Shown here: piece after piece, positions 47,256 through 56,795 of the stretch | Numbering within the stretch: position 1 is the stretch's first letter | Layout of the letters: every line of letters begins with the position of its first letter | From: Minisyncoccia bacterium | GTDB taxonomy: Bacteria > Patescibacteriota > Minisyncoccia > Phycocordibacterales > Phycocordibacteraceae | DNA length: 64,000 bases | Reading direction: 5' to 3' | NCBI GenBank assembly: GCA_041485695.1 | Contig: JBGPJZ010000001.1 | Coordinates: 44,697 to 108,696, forward strand | The notes under the pieces: generated by a model | Told to the model about the DNA's origin: nothing | Database searches by the model: none | Seen by the model: only the letters and a program-made list of their open reading frames with translations | Position numbers and translations under genes: made by a program

Positions 47256-47603
47256 TCAGGTGCCGGCGAAAAAGCCGGTTTCGCGATAGACAATGTCTCG
47301 AGCGTAACAGAGGCCGGCAGTGCCGCGAATATGGAGTTCGTCAGCACGTTCGACCAACTCTTTGGCATAGCGGTATTTGAAGCCGGACTCCGCTTGTATC
47401 CGAAACCGAAAAACGGTCATCATGAATGCCGCAGTCAATTGATCGAGGTTGTCGATGATGGCAACGGCTTCCTCGATGTCATAGTTGGCAATGATATCGG
47501 CGGCATTCGCGGGGTCGTAAGCATTACGAATTTCGCTCAACAAATCATTCACGTCCCTGCCCTTAACGACAAGGGCTAGGCGGTTTGGTCTTTCTTTGGC
47601 CAT
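47256..47603 (-). CDS. Hypothetical protein (115 aa)
   Basis: Strong SD AAGGAGGG 4 nt upstream of the ATG. No recognised domain. Confidence 0.55.
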   Translation of the reverse strand: MAKERPNRLALVVKGRDVNDLLSEIRNAYDPANAADIIANYDIEEAVAIIDNLDQLTAAFMMTVFRFRIQAESGFKYRYAKELVERADELHIRGTAGLCYARDIVYRETGFFAGT

Positions 47604-47614
47604 TAAACCCTCCT

Positions 47615-47815
47615 TCAGCAGATGGTGATGACGGTGTGGTCATAGATGTGACCATGAGCGTCGAGTTGAAACAAAAGTTTCCCTTTCTGTTTCAGGCTGT
47701 CGAGAATTTCCCAAAGGCCGCGTTTGATCCGAGTACGTTCACGCAATTGACCGTAGGTTACGGTCGCCCCTGCCTCGCAAGGCAAGTTGCGAATCACAAT
47801 GCTTTCGAAGTTCAT
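47615..47815 (-). CDS. Small hypothetical protein (66 aa), possibly winged-helix-like
   Basis: AAGGA about 10 nt upstream. Immediately precedes 47256..47603 (11-nt gap), so it is probably co-transcribed. Confidence 0.4.
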   Translation of the reverse strand: MNFESIVIRNLPCEAGATVTYGQLRERTRIKRGLWEILDSLKQKGKLLFQLDAHGHIYDHTVITIC

Positions 47816-47888
47816 TGACTTTGCGTCCTTGGGCGCATTCAGGTTTCCTGAAAACCAGTGTTACATATGAATGTACTTCTGTCAACTA

Positions 47889-48164
47889 CCACGGGTGGAT
47901 TTTTGATTGCTGAACTCTTTTCTGGCACACTGTCGTGGGATTGAATTGCGCTAGGCTCGAGAGCGCGGTACGCTACAGATGTCGTCCCTTGACATCGGAC
48001 GATCTCCACCTTGGCCCCGCTCCCTCGGCGGGGTCTTTTTAATTTCGGAATACGCTATAATAAAAGCGTCTCCCGTTGTGGGCGACACCCCCAACTTGGC
48101 CCCGCACTTCCCCGCGGGGCCTTTTTTTGACTACCAAACTCTTTTCAGGCATAGTGTAGGGATG
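47889..48164 (+). promoter_or_regulatory. Hairpin-rich grpE leader/regulatory region: three terminator-like stem-loops, a TATAAT box and a duplicated about 30-nt motif
   Basis: Hairpins ccacgggtgg+TTTTT (47889-47905), ccccgc..gcgggg+TCTTTTT (48015-48040) and ggccccgc..gcggggcc+TTTTTTT (48098-48128). TATAAT at 48056-48061. Motif aactcttttcNggcaNaNtgtNgggat at 47913-47943 and at 48137-48164, the latter ending in the grpE ATG. Confidence 0.45.
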
Positions 48165-48680
48165 CAGGACGAGGACGAAGTAAAGATTGAGTCCGAAGAC
48201 CCGGAGGCGGAGGAGAAGGCCGAGAACAAAGTAAAGAAACTCCGCGATGAGATTGAAACCCTGCGTAAAGAGAAGCAGGAGTATCTTGATGGCTGGCAGA
48301 GAGCCAAGGCCGACTACGTGAACGCCCTGAAGCGCTTTGAGGGCGACGTAAAGAATGCCAAGGGGGATGGGGTCAAGAAGGCCGTAGAGGCCCTTTTACC
48401 GGCCTTTGACGCCCTAGAGAGGGCTAAGGAGCATGGGGAAGTCCCAGAGGGTTTTATGGCTATTGCGAAGCAATTAGAGGCTGGTTTTGCCGGTTTAGGC
48501 CTCGAGGCGGTGGGGCAGGTTGGGGAGCGATTCAACCCCGAGCTCCACGAGGCTTTGGGGCAGGACGCGGTGAGCGATTCAAACCAAGACGACGCGATTA
48601 CCGCCGTACTCGAGAAAGGATACCGTTTGGGCGACCAGATTATCCGCCCGGCGAAGGTGCGAGTTGCGCATTATGAGTAA
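48162..48680 (+). CDS. grpE: Nucleotide exchange factor GrpE
   Basis: Coiled-coil plus GrpE domain (DYVNALKRFE...NPELHEA...AITAVLEKGYRLGDQIIRPAKVRV). Start at the internal ATG, because the upstream part of the ORF is translated hairpins. Confidence 0.85.
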   Translation: MQDEDEVKIESEDPEAEEKAENKVKKLRDEIETLRKEKQEYLDGWQRAKADYVNALKRFEGDVKNAKGDGVKKAVEALLPAFDALERAKEHGEVPEGFMAIAKQLEAGFAGLGLEAVGQVGERFNPELHEALGQDAVSDSNQDDAITAVLEKGYRLGDQIIRPAKVRVAHYE

Positions 48681-48700
48681 CGCTCGACTCAACTCCTCGA

Positions 48701-48730
48701 TTGACATGCGGTCTCACTTTTAAATATAAT
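48701..48730 (+). promoter_or_regulatory. Consensus sigma-70-type promoter TTGACA-18-TATAAT ending 8 nt before the dnaK ATG (leaderless-type)
   Basis: Exact hexamers at 48701-48706 and 48725-48730. No SD before the ATG at 48739. Confidence 0.6.
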
Positions 48731-48738
48731 CAGCACCT

Positions 48739-50637
48739 ATGGCAAAAATACTCGGAATAGACTTGGGCACCACGAACTCCGCGATGGCTATCATCGAGGG
48801 CGGCGAGCCGCGCGTGTTGGAGAATGCCGAAGGCGCGCGCACCACACCCTCGATTGTTGCTGTAGGTAAAAACGGCGAACGCATCGTCGGCACTTTGGCG
48901 AAGCGCCAGTCGGTAACGAACCCTTTGAACACGATTTACCAGATCAAGCGCTTCATTGGCCACAATTTTGACGAGCCGGCAGTGCAAAAAGACAAGGAGT
49001 CAGTGCCCTTTGAGATGCGTAAGGCCGAGAATGGCGGCATCGAGGTCAAGATGAGTCAAGGAGATAAAGAAGTGTGGTACCGACCGGAGGAGCTCTCGGC
49101 CATGATTTTGGGCAAGCTTAAGGCCGATGCCGAGGCAAAGCTCGGGGAGAAGATTACCGAGGCAGTCATCACTGTGCCTGCCTACTTTAACGATGCACAG
49201 CGCAATGCGACTAAGGACGCTGGCAAAATTGCTGGCCTTGAAGTGAAGCGCATCATCAACGAGCCCACTGCTGCCGCGCTTGCCTACGGCTTTAATAAAA
49301 AGAAGGAGGAGAAGATAGCGGTCTTCGACTTTGGCGGCGGCACCTTCGACGTCTCTATTCTTGAGGTGGGCGACAACGTGATTGAGGTCAAATCGACCGA
49401 TGGCGATGCGCACTTGGGTGGTAAAGACATTGACCAAAAGATAATCAACTGGCTTGCCGACGAGTTTAAGAAGCAGAGCGGTATCGATGTCCGCGGCGAC
49501 GCGCTCGCGCGCCAGCGCCTCGACGAGGCGGCAGAGAAGGCGAAGATAGAGCTCTCAAGCGCGATGGAGAGCGAGGTCAATATCCCCTTCATCACCTCGA
49601 ACGCCTCGGGCCCCCAGCACCTCCTTATAAAGATGACACGCGCGAAGCTCGAAGAGCTCTCGGCCGAGTTCGTCGACCGCGCGATGGCTATCACCAAGCG
49701 CGCGATGGAGGCCTCACCCTTTAAGGTGGGCGAGATTAATGAAGTCATCTTGGTGGGCGGCCAGACCCGCATGCCAAAGATCCAGCAGGCGGTGAAAGAG
49801 TTCTTCGGCAAGCAGCCGAACATGACGGTGAACCCTGACGAAGTAGTCGCCGTCGGTGCCGCTATCCAAGCCGGCATCTTGCAGGGCGACGTCAAGGATA
49901 TCCTGCTCGTCGACGTCATCCCGCTCTCGCTCTCAATCGAGACCATGGGCGGCGTTGCGACTAAATTAATTGAGCGCAATACCGCCATCCCGACCTCGCG
50001 CTCGCAGACCTTCTCAACGGCTGCCGACAACCAGCCTTCAGTCGAGATACATATCACCCAGGGCGAACGCGCGATGAGCGCCGACAATAAATCCCTCGGG
50101 CGCTTTATGCTGGATGGCATCCCGCCCTCGCCGCGCGGCCTCCCGCAGATCGAGGTCACCTTCGACGTCGACAGTAATGGCATCTTGACCGTGAAAGCGA
50201 AGGAGAAGACGACAAGCAAAGAGCAGTCGATACGCATCGAGGGCTCGACTGGCCTCTCAAAGGCAGATATCGACCGCATGCAAAAAGATGCTGAAGAGCA
50301 CACAGCTGACGACGCGAAGCGCAAAGAGCTCGTTGACGCGCGCAATGTCGGCGAACAGGTAATCTATGCGGCTGAAAAGGCAGTGAAGGAGAACGGCGAG
50401 AAGATTGGCGCTGAACTCGTGAAGGAGGTGGGGGATGCGGTCGAAACCGCGAAAACGGCGGCGAAGAGCGAAGACCCGGCGACCATCAAGGGCGCGACTG
50501 AAAAGCTTTCGCAGACGATGTCAAAAATTGGAGAAGCGATGATGAAGAGTCAGACTCCACCGCCGGCGTCAGACGCCGGCAGCCAAACTCCTCCCCCCGA
50601 ACCTCCTCCGACGGACGCCGAATTTAAAGAAAAATAG
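48739..50637 (+). CDS. dnaK: Chaperone protein DnaK (Hsp70)
   Basis: [16 protein letters not shown], and an EEVD-less C-terminus. Confidence 0.97.
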   Translation: MAKILGIDLGTTNSAMAIIEGGEPRVLENAEGARTTPSIVAVGKNGERIVGTLAKRQSVTNPLNTIYQIKRFIGHNFDEPAVQKDKESVPFEMRKAENGGIEVKMSQGDKEVWYRPEELSAMILGKLKADAEAKLGEKITEAVITVPAYFNDAQRNATKDAGKIAGLEVKRIINEPTAAALAYGFNKKKEEKIAVFDFGGGTFDVSILEVGDNVIEVKSTDGDAHLGGKDIDQKIINWLADEFKKQSGIDVRGDALARQRLDEAAEKAKIELSSAMESEVNIPFITSNASGPQHLLIKMTRAKLEELSAEFVDRAMAITKRAMEASPFKVGEINEVILVGGQTRMPKIQQAVKEFFGKQPNMTVNPDEVVAVGAAIQAGILQGDVKDILLVDVIPLSLSIETMGGVATKLIERNTAIPTSRSQTFSTAADNQPSVEIHITQGERAMSADNKSLGRFMLDGIPPSPRGLPQIEVTFDVDSNGILTVKAKEKTTSKEQSIRIEGSTGLSKADIDRMQKDAEEHTADDAKRKELVDARNVGEQVIYAAEKAVKENGEKIGAELVKEVGDAVETAKTAAKSEDPATIKGATEKLSQTMSKIGEAMMKSQTPPPASDAGSQTPPPEPPPTDAEFKEK

Positions 50638-50660
50638 CCGTCGGTGTATACTGATTCTCA

Positions 50661-51743
50661 ATGGCAAAGGATTACTACAACGTGCTCGGGCTCGATAAGA
50701 AGGCTTCGAAGGACGATATCAAAAAGGCTTTTCGCAAGCTTGCACAAAAGCATCACCCTGATAAAGGCGGAGATGAAGCGAGGTTTAAGGAGATTACCGA
50801 GGCCTACGCGATTTTGAGCGACGAGAAGCGTCGCCGCGAGTACGATACCTACGGCCAGTCGTTCGCCGGGGGCGGCCCTTCAGCAGGTGGGGCGCAAGGC
50901 TTCCCGGGCGGGTTCGACTTTTCGCAATTCCAGCAAGGTGATGGCAGTTTTGATTTCGGCGATATCTTCGAGGGCTTCGGCGATATCTTCGGCGCGCGCG
51001 GCTCGCGCGCGCCTCGCGGTCGCCGCGGCCGCGACATCTCTATCGATATCGAGGTACCTTTTAAGGATTCTATTTTTGGTACCAAGCGTTCCGTGCTAAT
51101 CGCAAAAGTGAGCACGTGCGAGATATGCGGCGGTTCAGGAGCTAAGCCTGGCACCGAACTCGAAAATTGTAAGAGCTGCGGCGGCTCCGGCCGCGTGCAC
51201 GAGACTCGCAATTCTGTCTTGGGCTCGTTTACGAGCGTACGCACCTGCCCAGCCTGCGATGGTATGGGCAAGATGCCTAAAGAAAGATGTGCCGAGTGCA
51301 AGGGCCAGGGTGTCAAACGCAAAGAGGAGGAGATACACGTCACCATCCCTGCCGGCCTCGATAGCGGCGAGATGATACGCATCCCCCAGCACGGCGAGGC
51401 GGTAAAGGGTGGCGCCTCGGGAGATCTCTATGTCAAAGTGCATGTAAAGCCGCACCCGATTTTCCGTAAAGAAGGGACTAATCTCGTGATGAACTTGCCT
51501 GTGAGGCTCACCGACGCTCTGCTCGGTTCAACCGTCTCCATCGAATCGCTTGAGGGCAAGACGCTCGAGGTCAAGATACCGATGATGAAGAAGCCTCTCG
51601 AAACCTTGCGGGTGCGCGGCAAGGGCGTCCCCGTAGGTGCCTTGCGCGGCGATCTTTTGATACACCTCGAGGCTGCGCTTCCTCATAAATTATCCGCAAA
51701 GGCGAAGCAGGCAGTCGAAGATTTGAAAACCGAAGGATTGTAA
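50661..51743 (+). CDS. dnaJ: Chaperone protein DnaJ
   Basis: J-domain HPD. G/F region. CxxCxGxG zinc-finger repeats. Confidence 0.95.
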   Translation: MAKDYYNVLGLDKKASKDDIKKAFRKLAQKHHPDKGGDEARFKEITEAYAILSDEKRRREYDTYGQSFAGGGPSAGGAQGFPGGFDFSQFQQGDGSFDFGDIFEGFGDIFGARGSRAPRGRRGRDISIDIEVPFKDSIFGTKRSVLIAKVSTCEICGGSGAKPGTELENCKSCGGSGRVHETRNSVLGSFTSVRTCPACDGMGKMPKERCAECKGQGVKRKEEEIHVTIPAGLDSGEMIRIPQHGEAVKGGASGDLYVKVHVKPHPIFRKEGTNLVMNLPVRLTDALLGSTVSIESLEGKTLEVKIPMMKKPLETLRVRGKGVPVGALRGDLLIHLEAALPHKLSAKAKQAVEDLKTEGL

Positions 51744-51766
51744 AAAATAGGGGTTATAATCCCCGT

Positions 51767-52291
51767 ATGGATTCTCTTAGCGGGCAATTGGGCGATATCA
51801 ATTCGCTTGCAACCCATAGCGCTCTCGGCGCGTGGGCGTGGGGGAGCGACTTCCTCATCGCCATCATCCTTGTCGGCCTGCTCTTTCTTTTCGCGTGGTA
51901 CATGGGCCGTGGCCCTTTCATCGCGCTCCTCATCTCGTTGTATGCGGGGTACGCGCTCTACACTACCTTTCCCTACGCGTCATATTTACCCTCTTCGCCG
52001 CCCTTGGCAGCACTCGGCGCAGCCGTAGGCGTCTACGTCGTGCTTGCAGGTATCGCCTATACCATCCTGCGCCGCGCCGTTGTCTCTGACTTCGTCTACA
52101 TCGGCATCTTCGGCCTCATCGCTCTCTCCATATTCGGCGCCGGCTTCTTGCTCGCCCTCGCGTACAACCTTTTCCCGGTTCACGACGCCTATACCTTCAC
52201 CCCCGCAATCGATGCCCTGTTCGCGCCGAAGCAATACTTCTTCTGGTGGTTTGCCGCCCCTCTCGTTGGTCTTTTCGTCCTCGCTCGGTAA
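51767..52291 (+). CDS. Hypothetical integral membrane protein (5 TM)
   Basis: TTATAAT 6 nt before the ATG. Strongly hydrophobic. Confidence 0.5.
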   Translation: MDSLSGQLGDINSLATHSALGAWAWGSDFLIAIILVGLLFLFAWYMGRGPFIALLISLYAGYALYTTFPYASYLPSSPPLAALGAAVGVYVVLAGIAYTILRRAVVSDFVYIGIFGLIALSIFGAGFLLALAYNLFPVHDAYTFTPAIDALFAPKQYFFWWFAAPLVGLFVLAR

Positions 52292-52346
52292 TAGAAGCCC
52301 GGCGTTCAATGTCAATCAACATCAGTGCGATATACTAAAACCTCCC

Positions 52347-54122
52347 ATGAAAGATATCTGGCGTGACGACTTGCCACGCAATATTAATCCGTTTCGGTTC
52401 TTGCTTTTTGTATCTCGTCCGTATCGAACGGTCGTGGCGGGCGCGCTCGTCTCGGTGGCTCTCGGTGCCGCACTCAACGTCGGCAGTTCGTACGTGTTCA
52501 AATTAGTCGTGAACGCTGCGACAGGTATTCAGAGCGCAAACACCGTCCCTTTTCTCTGGCAAGCGGCTATTGCGTACCTGATGGTTTCACTTGGCTCTAC
52601 GCTTGCGTGGCGTGCAAGCGGCTTCATCGGCATGCGTTGGGCGACGGGAGTGCGCGCGACGTCCCGTTACACGCTCACGTCGTACGTGACGCTGCACAGT
52701 CATCAGTACTTCAGCGAGCGGTTTGCGGGCTCTATTTCGAGCAAGATTTCAAACGCCGCGAATAGCATTAAGGAGATGGCTGAGCAGATCATGTGGCAGT
52801 TTACGGGCTTTTTTGTCACGATGATAGCGAGCTTCGCCATGGCCTTTTGGTCAAACCCGTACCTTGGGTGGGTTTTCCTCCTTTGGATCGTGGTCATTAC
52901 CCCGCTTAATGTTTTCTTGGCGCGCAAGAGAGTGGAGCTTTCTGCAGCAACGCAAAAGGCCGAGACCGCGCTCGTCGGGAGCACGGTAGATATGCTTACC
53001 AATATTTCAGCCGTGCACGAGTACGCGAGCAGAGACTTTGAGATGACGCGGCTCAAGGGACTCATTATCGATCGGCGCGAATCAGGCCTCCGCAACTGGC
53101 GCTACGGTGAGACCGTCCTTCTTGCAAACGGGGTTCTTCAAATCGTCTTTGTCGGGCTCCTCCTTTTTATGTCAGTCGTACTCACCCTTCAAGGCGTCAT
53201 TTCGCCAGGTGATATCGCGCTCATCCTCACCATCATCATCCTTGTCGAAGACCGTCTCACGTTTATTGGGCAGCAACTCAATACTTTTGCCGACGCATGG
53301 GGGCAGGTTACCGAAAGCCTCACCGACATCGTCCACCCGCATGACGTGCCCGACGTCGTTCACGCGCGCGCGACTCCTCACATTCAAGGAACAATCGATA
53401 TCGATAATGTCACGTTTGAGTATGGGGGAGTGAATGTCTTTGACCACCTTTCGCTATCGATTCCAAAAGGACAGCGTGTTGGCCTCGTAGGGAAAAGCGG
53501 GGCGGGGAAGAGCACCCTCGTGAAGCTTCTCCTGCGACACTATGATTTGGCAAAAGGCGAGATACGCATTGACGGCGTTAACATCGCCGAAATCGCAAAA
53601 CAGACCTTGCGGAAGGCCATTGCGGTTGTCCCGCAAGAGCCCCTCCTCTTTCACCGAAGTATTCATGAAAACATCGCATACGGGAAGCCAGACGCCTCAC
53701 GCGAAGAGGTTATCCAGGCGGCATCTCTTGCACAGGCGCACGAATTCATCGAGCGGTTGCCCGAGAGCTACGAGGCTCTCGTTGGTGAACGTGGCATCAA
53801 GCTTTCAGGTGGGCAACGACAACGCGTTGCGATTGCGCGCGCCATTTTAAAAAATGCACCCATCTTACTTTTGGACGAGGCTACCTCCGCACTTGATAGC
53901 GAAAGCGAGGTGGCAGTTCAAAAGGCGCTCCTTGCGCTTATGGAGGGTCGTACCGTCATCGCGATTGCGCATCGCTTATCGACCTTGCGCGCGATGGACC
54001 GCATTATCGTCATGGACGATGGCAGGATTATCGAGGACGGCAACCATACGCTCTTACTGCAAAAGGGCGGCCTCTACGCGCAGCTCTGGGAGCATCAGGC
54101 AGGAGGATTCCTCGAAGAGTAA
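52347..54122 (+). CDS. ABC exporter, fused permease/ATP-binding protein (MsbA-like)
   Basis: 6-TM N-terminal domain. Walker A GKSGAGKST. LSGGQRQRVAIARA. Walker B LLLDEATSALD. Confidence 0.9.
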   Translation: MKDIWRDDLPRNINPFRFLLFVSRPYRTVVAGALVSVALGAALNVGSSYVFKLVVNAATGIQSANTVPFLWQAAIAYLMVSLGSTLAWRASGFIGMRWATGVRATSRYTLTSYVTLHSHQYFSERFAGSISSKISNAANSIKEMAEQIMWQFTGFFVTMIASFAMAFWSNPYLGWVFLLWIVVITPLNVFLARKRVELSAATQKAETALVGSTVDMLTNISAVHEYASRDFEMTRLKGLIIDRRESGLRNWRYGETVLLANGVLQIVFVGLLLFMSVVLTLQGVISPGDIALILTIIILVEDRLTFIGQQLNTFADAWGQVTESLTDIVHPHDVPDVVHARATPHIQGTIDIDNVTFEYGGVNVFDHLSLSIPKGQRVGLVGKSGAGKSTLVKLLLRHYDLAKGEIRIDGVNIAEIAKQTLRKAIAVVPQEPLLFHRSIHENIAYGKPDASREEVIQAASLAQAHEFIERLPESYEALVGERGIKLSGGQRQRVAIARAILKNAPILLLDEATSALDSESEVAVQKALLALMEGRTVIAIAHRLSTLRAMDRIIVMDDGRIIEDGNHTLLLQKGGLYAQLWEHQAGGFLEE

Positions 54123-54139
54123 AGTGATACAATCGGCGC

Positions 54140-55393
54140 ATGAAGCTTGCTGAAGAGTTGAAAGCGCGGAGGCTGATTGAGCACTCCTCGGCGCCGATCG
54201 AACTCATTTTAAAGGAGCCGCGAACGGTGTATTTAGGCATCGACCCGACCGCCGACTCGATGCAAATCGGGAACTTGGCCGTAGTCCTCTTGATGAAGCG
54301 TTTAGCGGATGCCGGCAACAAGCTCATTTTCTTGGTTGGGGGCGGTACCGGCATGATTGGCGACCCGCGCGAGAATGGTGAGCGCAGTATGCTCGACGAA
54401 AAAACACTAGGGAACAATACGCGTGCCTTACAAAAACAGCTCTACAAAATTTTAGGCAAGACGAGCTTTCGCATGGTCGACAACGCCGACTGGCTCACGC
54501 GTATCCGCCTCGTTCCTTTTTTGCGCGAAATCGGCAAGCTCTTTACGGTGAACGACCTGATTAAGCGCGAGATAATCGCGAAGCGTCTCGCGACGGCTGA
54601 TGAGAGCATCTCGTACACCGAGTTTACGTACGCACTCTTACAAGCCTATGACTACTTGGTGCTGAATGAAAAATACAAGTGCGACTTGCAAATCGGCGCA
54701 TCAGATCAGTGGACGAACATCCTCTCGGGCGTCGAGCTTATCCGCAAGCGCGCGGGGCGCGAGGCCTACGCGCTCACGATGCCGCTCGTTACCGACGCGT
54801 CGGGCAAGAAGTTCGGCAAGAGCGAGGGCAATGCTGTCTGGCTCGACGCGGCGAAGACGTCGCCCTACGCGTTCTACCAATTCTGGGTGAATGTGCCCGA
54901 CGATGGCGTCGAGAAGTACCTCAAAGCCTATACCTTCATGCCGCTCGAAGAGATAGAGTCGCTGATGGCGAAGCACCGGGCGAGCCCGCAAGCGCGTCTC
55001 GCGCAAAAGGCATTGGCCGAGATTGTCACCGAGATTGTGCACGGCCCGACCGCGTCGAACCACGCGGCGCTCGCAACTGAAGCACTCTTCGGCGCTCTGC
55101 CGTTCGAAGAGCTCCCGCGCGAGACGCGCGCCATTGCCTTGAGCGAGGCGCCCTCGCTCAAGCTCGGCAAAGCAGATCTTGCCGCTGGCTATCCGCTCGT
55201 CGACGCTCTCGTCGCCGGCGGCCTCGCGAGCTCTAAGAGCGATGCGCGTCGGCTTATCGAATCGAAAGGGATCTCTATCACCGGCGCCCAAGCGGCCGAC
55301 GCGAACTACCAGATAGGGGAGGGCGATGTGAAAGAGGGGTACGGGCTCATCCGAAAGGGCAAGCGCGAAGTGCTTATTCTCGTTTTGAAATAG
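54140..55393 (+). CDS. tyrS: Tyrosine--tRNA ligase
   Basis: HIGH-region GIDPTADSMQIGN. KFGKSEGN (KMSKS). C-terminal S4-like domain. TGaTACAAT 6 nt before the ATG. Confidence 0.93.
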   Translation: MKLAEELKARRLIEHSSAPIELILKEPRTVYLGIDPTADSMQIGNLAVVLLMKRLADAGNKLIFLVGGGTGMIGDPRENGERSMLDEKTLGNNTRALQKQLYKILGKTSFRMVDNADWLTRIRLVPFLREIGKLFTVNDLIKREIIAKRLATADESISYTEFTYALLQAYDYLVLNEKYKCDLQIGASDQWTNILSGVELIRKRAGREAYALTMPLVTDASGKKFGKSEGNAVWLDAAKTSPYAFYQFWVNVPDDGVEKYLKAYTFMPLEEIESLMAKHRASPQARLAQKALAEIVTEIVHGPTASNHAALATEALFGALPFEELPRETRAIALSEAPSLKLGKADLAAGYPLVDALVAGGLASSKSDARRLIESKGISITGAQAADANYQIGEGDVKEGYGLIRKGKREVLILVLK

Positions 55394-55422
55394 AACACGA
55401 AATCGCGTATAGTGCATAGATT

Positions 55423-55508
55423 GCGTCGGTGGCAGAGTGGTCAATTGCACTTGGCTGTAAACCAAGCGACTTCGGTCTCCGTTGGTTCGAATCCAACCCG
55501 GCGCACCA
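55423..55508 (+). tRNA. tRNA-Tyr (anticodon GTA), long variable arm, encoded 3' CCA
   Basis: Cloverleaf. Acceptor GCGTCGG/CCGGCGC with one G-U pair. Anticodon stem cttgg/ccaag with loop ctGTAaa. Long variable arm. GGTTCGAATCC T-loop. Confidence 0.9.
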
Positions 55509-55512
55509 GGTA

Positions 55513-55541
55513 TTGACTATTTGCATACATTATGCTACTCT
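55513..55541 (+). promoter_or_regulatory. Putative promoter TTGACT-17-TACTCT for the small ORF
   Basis: -35 at 55513-55518 and -10 at 55536-55541. Confidence 0.4.
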
Positions 55542-55568
55542 GCTTTTGGACGTAGCAAAGGAGGCAAT

Positions 55569-55751
55569 ATGCATACGCCAGTAGTTGGAATTGGTAACGA
55601 GATGCAACAGGAGATGACGACACAGATCTATAAGACCCTGTGCCTAATGTTTCCGGGCTCGAGCCCACCCCTTCTTATGGCTCAAGCTGACATATCATTT
55701 CGCTACAATGACGAACTAGCCCAAATCGTATTCAAGGCAGAAGCGGCATAA
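55569..55751 (+). CDS. Small hypothetical protein (60 aa) with its own promoter, SD and terminator, in a lower-GC patch
   Basis: AAGGAGG SD 5 nt upstream of the ATG. A terminator follows. It is in frame with ORF-track 55482..55751. Confidence 0.5.
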   Translation: MHTPVVGIGNEMQQEMTTQIYKTLCLMFPGSSPPLLMAQADISFRYNDELAQIVFKAEAA

Positions 55752-55767
55752 GGCCGAAGGTGTCCGA

Positions 55768-55801
55768 GGTCCCAAGCGCAGAACGCGCGCGGGACTTTTT
55801 C
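55768..55801 (+). terminator. Rho-independent terminator
   Basis: gtccc...gggac stem (with an inner gcgc pairing) followed by TTTTT. Confidence 0.6.
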
Positions 55802-55823
55802 GTTTCTATGGTAGAGTTTTTGA

Positions 55824-56786
55824 ATGAGCGACAGCGGGAAGAAAACGATGCTCTCGGGGATACAGCCCTCGGGTGAGCTCCATATCGGCAACTATTTTGG
55901 CGCCATGCGCCAGCAAATTGAGCTTGTCAATTCAGGCGAGTACACCTCGTACTTGATGGTGGCTGACTATCACGCCCTCAACACCATCCAAGACCCTGAA
56001 GAGATGCGTCGCCGCACGCGAGAGCTTGTCATTGGTTACTTGGCCGCGGGTCTCGACACTAAGCAGGCGGTTATTTTCAAACAATCAGAGGTACCGGCAC
56101 ACACCGAACTCGCTTGGATTTTCGATACCATCATCACCATGCCGTACCTCATGCGGGCGCACGCCTTTAAGGATGCTGAAGTGAAGAATAAAGAGATAAG
56201 CGTCGGCAAATTCAACTACCCCGTCCTCATGGCGGCCGACATATTGCTCTACGACACGAACATCGTGCCGGTCGGCGCTGACCAAAAGCAGCATGTTGAA
56301 TACGCGCGCGACATCGCAGAGAAATTCAACCGTACGTTTACAACGGAGGTTTTTCGGCTACCCGAAGCGTTCATCAAGCCCGAGGTCGCCGTCGTGCCGG
56401 GCACCGATGGCCAGAAGATGAGCAAGAGTTATGGCAATGTGATCCCCCTTTTCGGTTCTCGCGACGAACTCGTAAAAGCCGTTATGGGTATCGTTACCGA
56501 TTCATCCGGCGAACGGCCGGAGAACGTCTACGCGATACATAAGCTGGTACGGGGCGAAGAGGAGCTTGCTCCTCTCTATGAAGAGAACAAGGGCAACTAC
56601 AAAGCGCTTAAAGAGGCGTTGATTGAAGATTTGGGCCGTTACCTCGCTCCTCTGCGTGCAAAATATGAGGAGCTTAAAAGCAACCCCGATATCATCGAGC
56701 AAGTCCTTATGGAAGGGAAACGTGCTGCGCAAGCCGCAAGCGAGACAAAAATGGAACAAGTGCGTAAAGCGGTCGGAGTGGCATAA
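55824..56786 (+). CDS. trpS: Tryptophan--tRNA ligase
   Basis: LSGIQPSGELHIGNY (HIGH-like) and KMSKSYGN. Confidence 0.93.
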   Translation: MSDSGKKTMLSGIQPSGELHIGNYFGAMRQQIELVNSGEYTSYLMVADYHALNTIQDPEEMRRRTRELVIGYLAAGLDTKQAVIFKQSEVPAHTELAWIFDTIITMPYLMRAHAFKDAEVKNKEISVGKFNYPVLMAADILLYDTNIVPVGADQKQHVEYARDIAEKFNRTFTTEVFRLPEAFIKPEVAVVPGTDGQKMSKSYGNVIPLFGSRDELVKAVMGIVTDSSGERPENVYAIHKLVRGEEELAPLYEENKGNYKALKEALIEDLGRYLAPLRAKYEELKSNPDIIEQVLMEGKRAAQAASETKMEQVRKAVGVA

Positions 56787-56795
56787 TAAAGGACT

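Noticed and set aside
47979-48161. N-terminal 61-codon extension of the grpE ORF
   Set aside because: The extension translates the terminator-like hairpins (PPWPRSLGGV, LAPHFPAGPFF). grpE homology begins at the internal ATG 48162.
47816-48740. Search for a CIRCE/HrcA operator (TTAGCACTC-N9-GAGTGCTAA) upstream of grpE or dnaK
   Set aside because: No match or near match found by eye. The heat-shock locus appears to use other elements.
49284-50345. 353-aa minus-strand ORF
   Set aside because: Antisense to dnaK. Ser/Ala-rich low-complexity translation.
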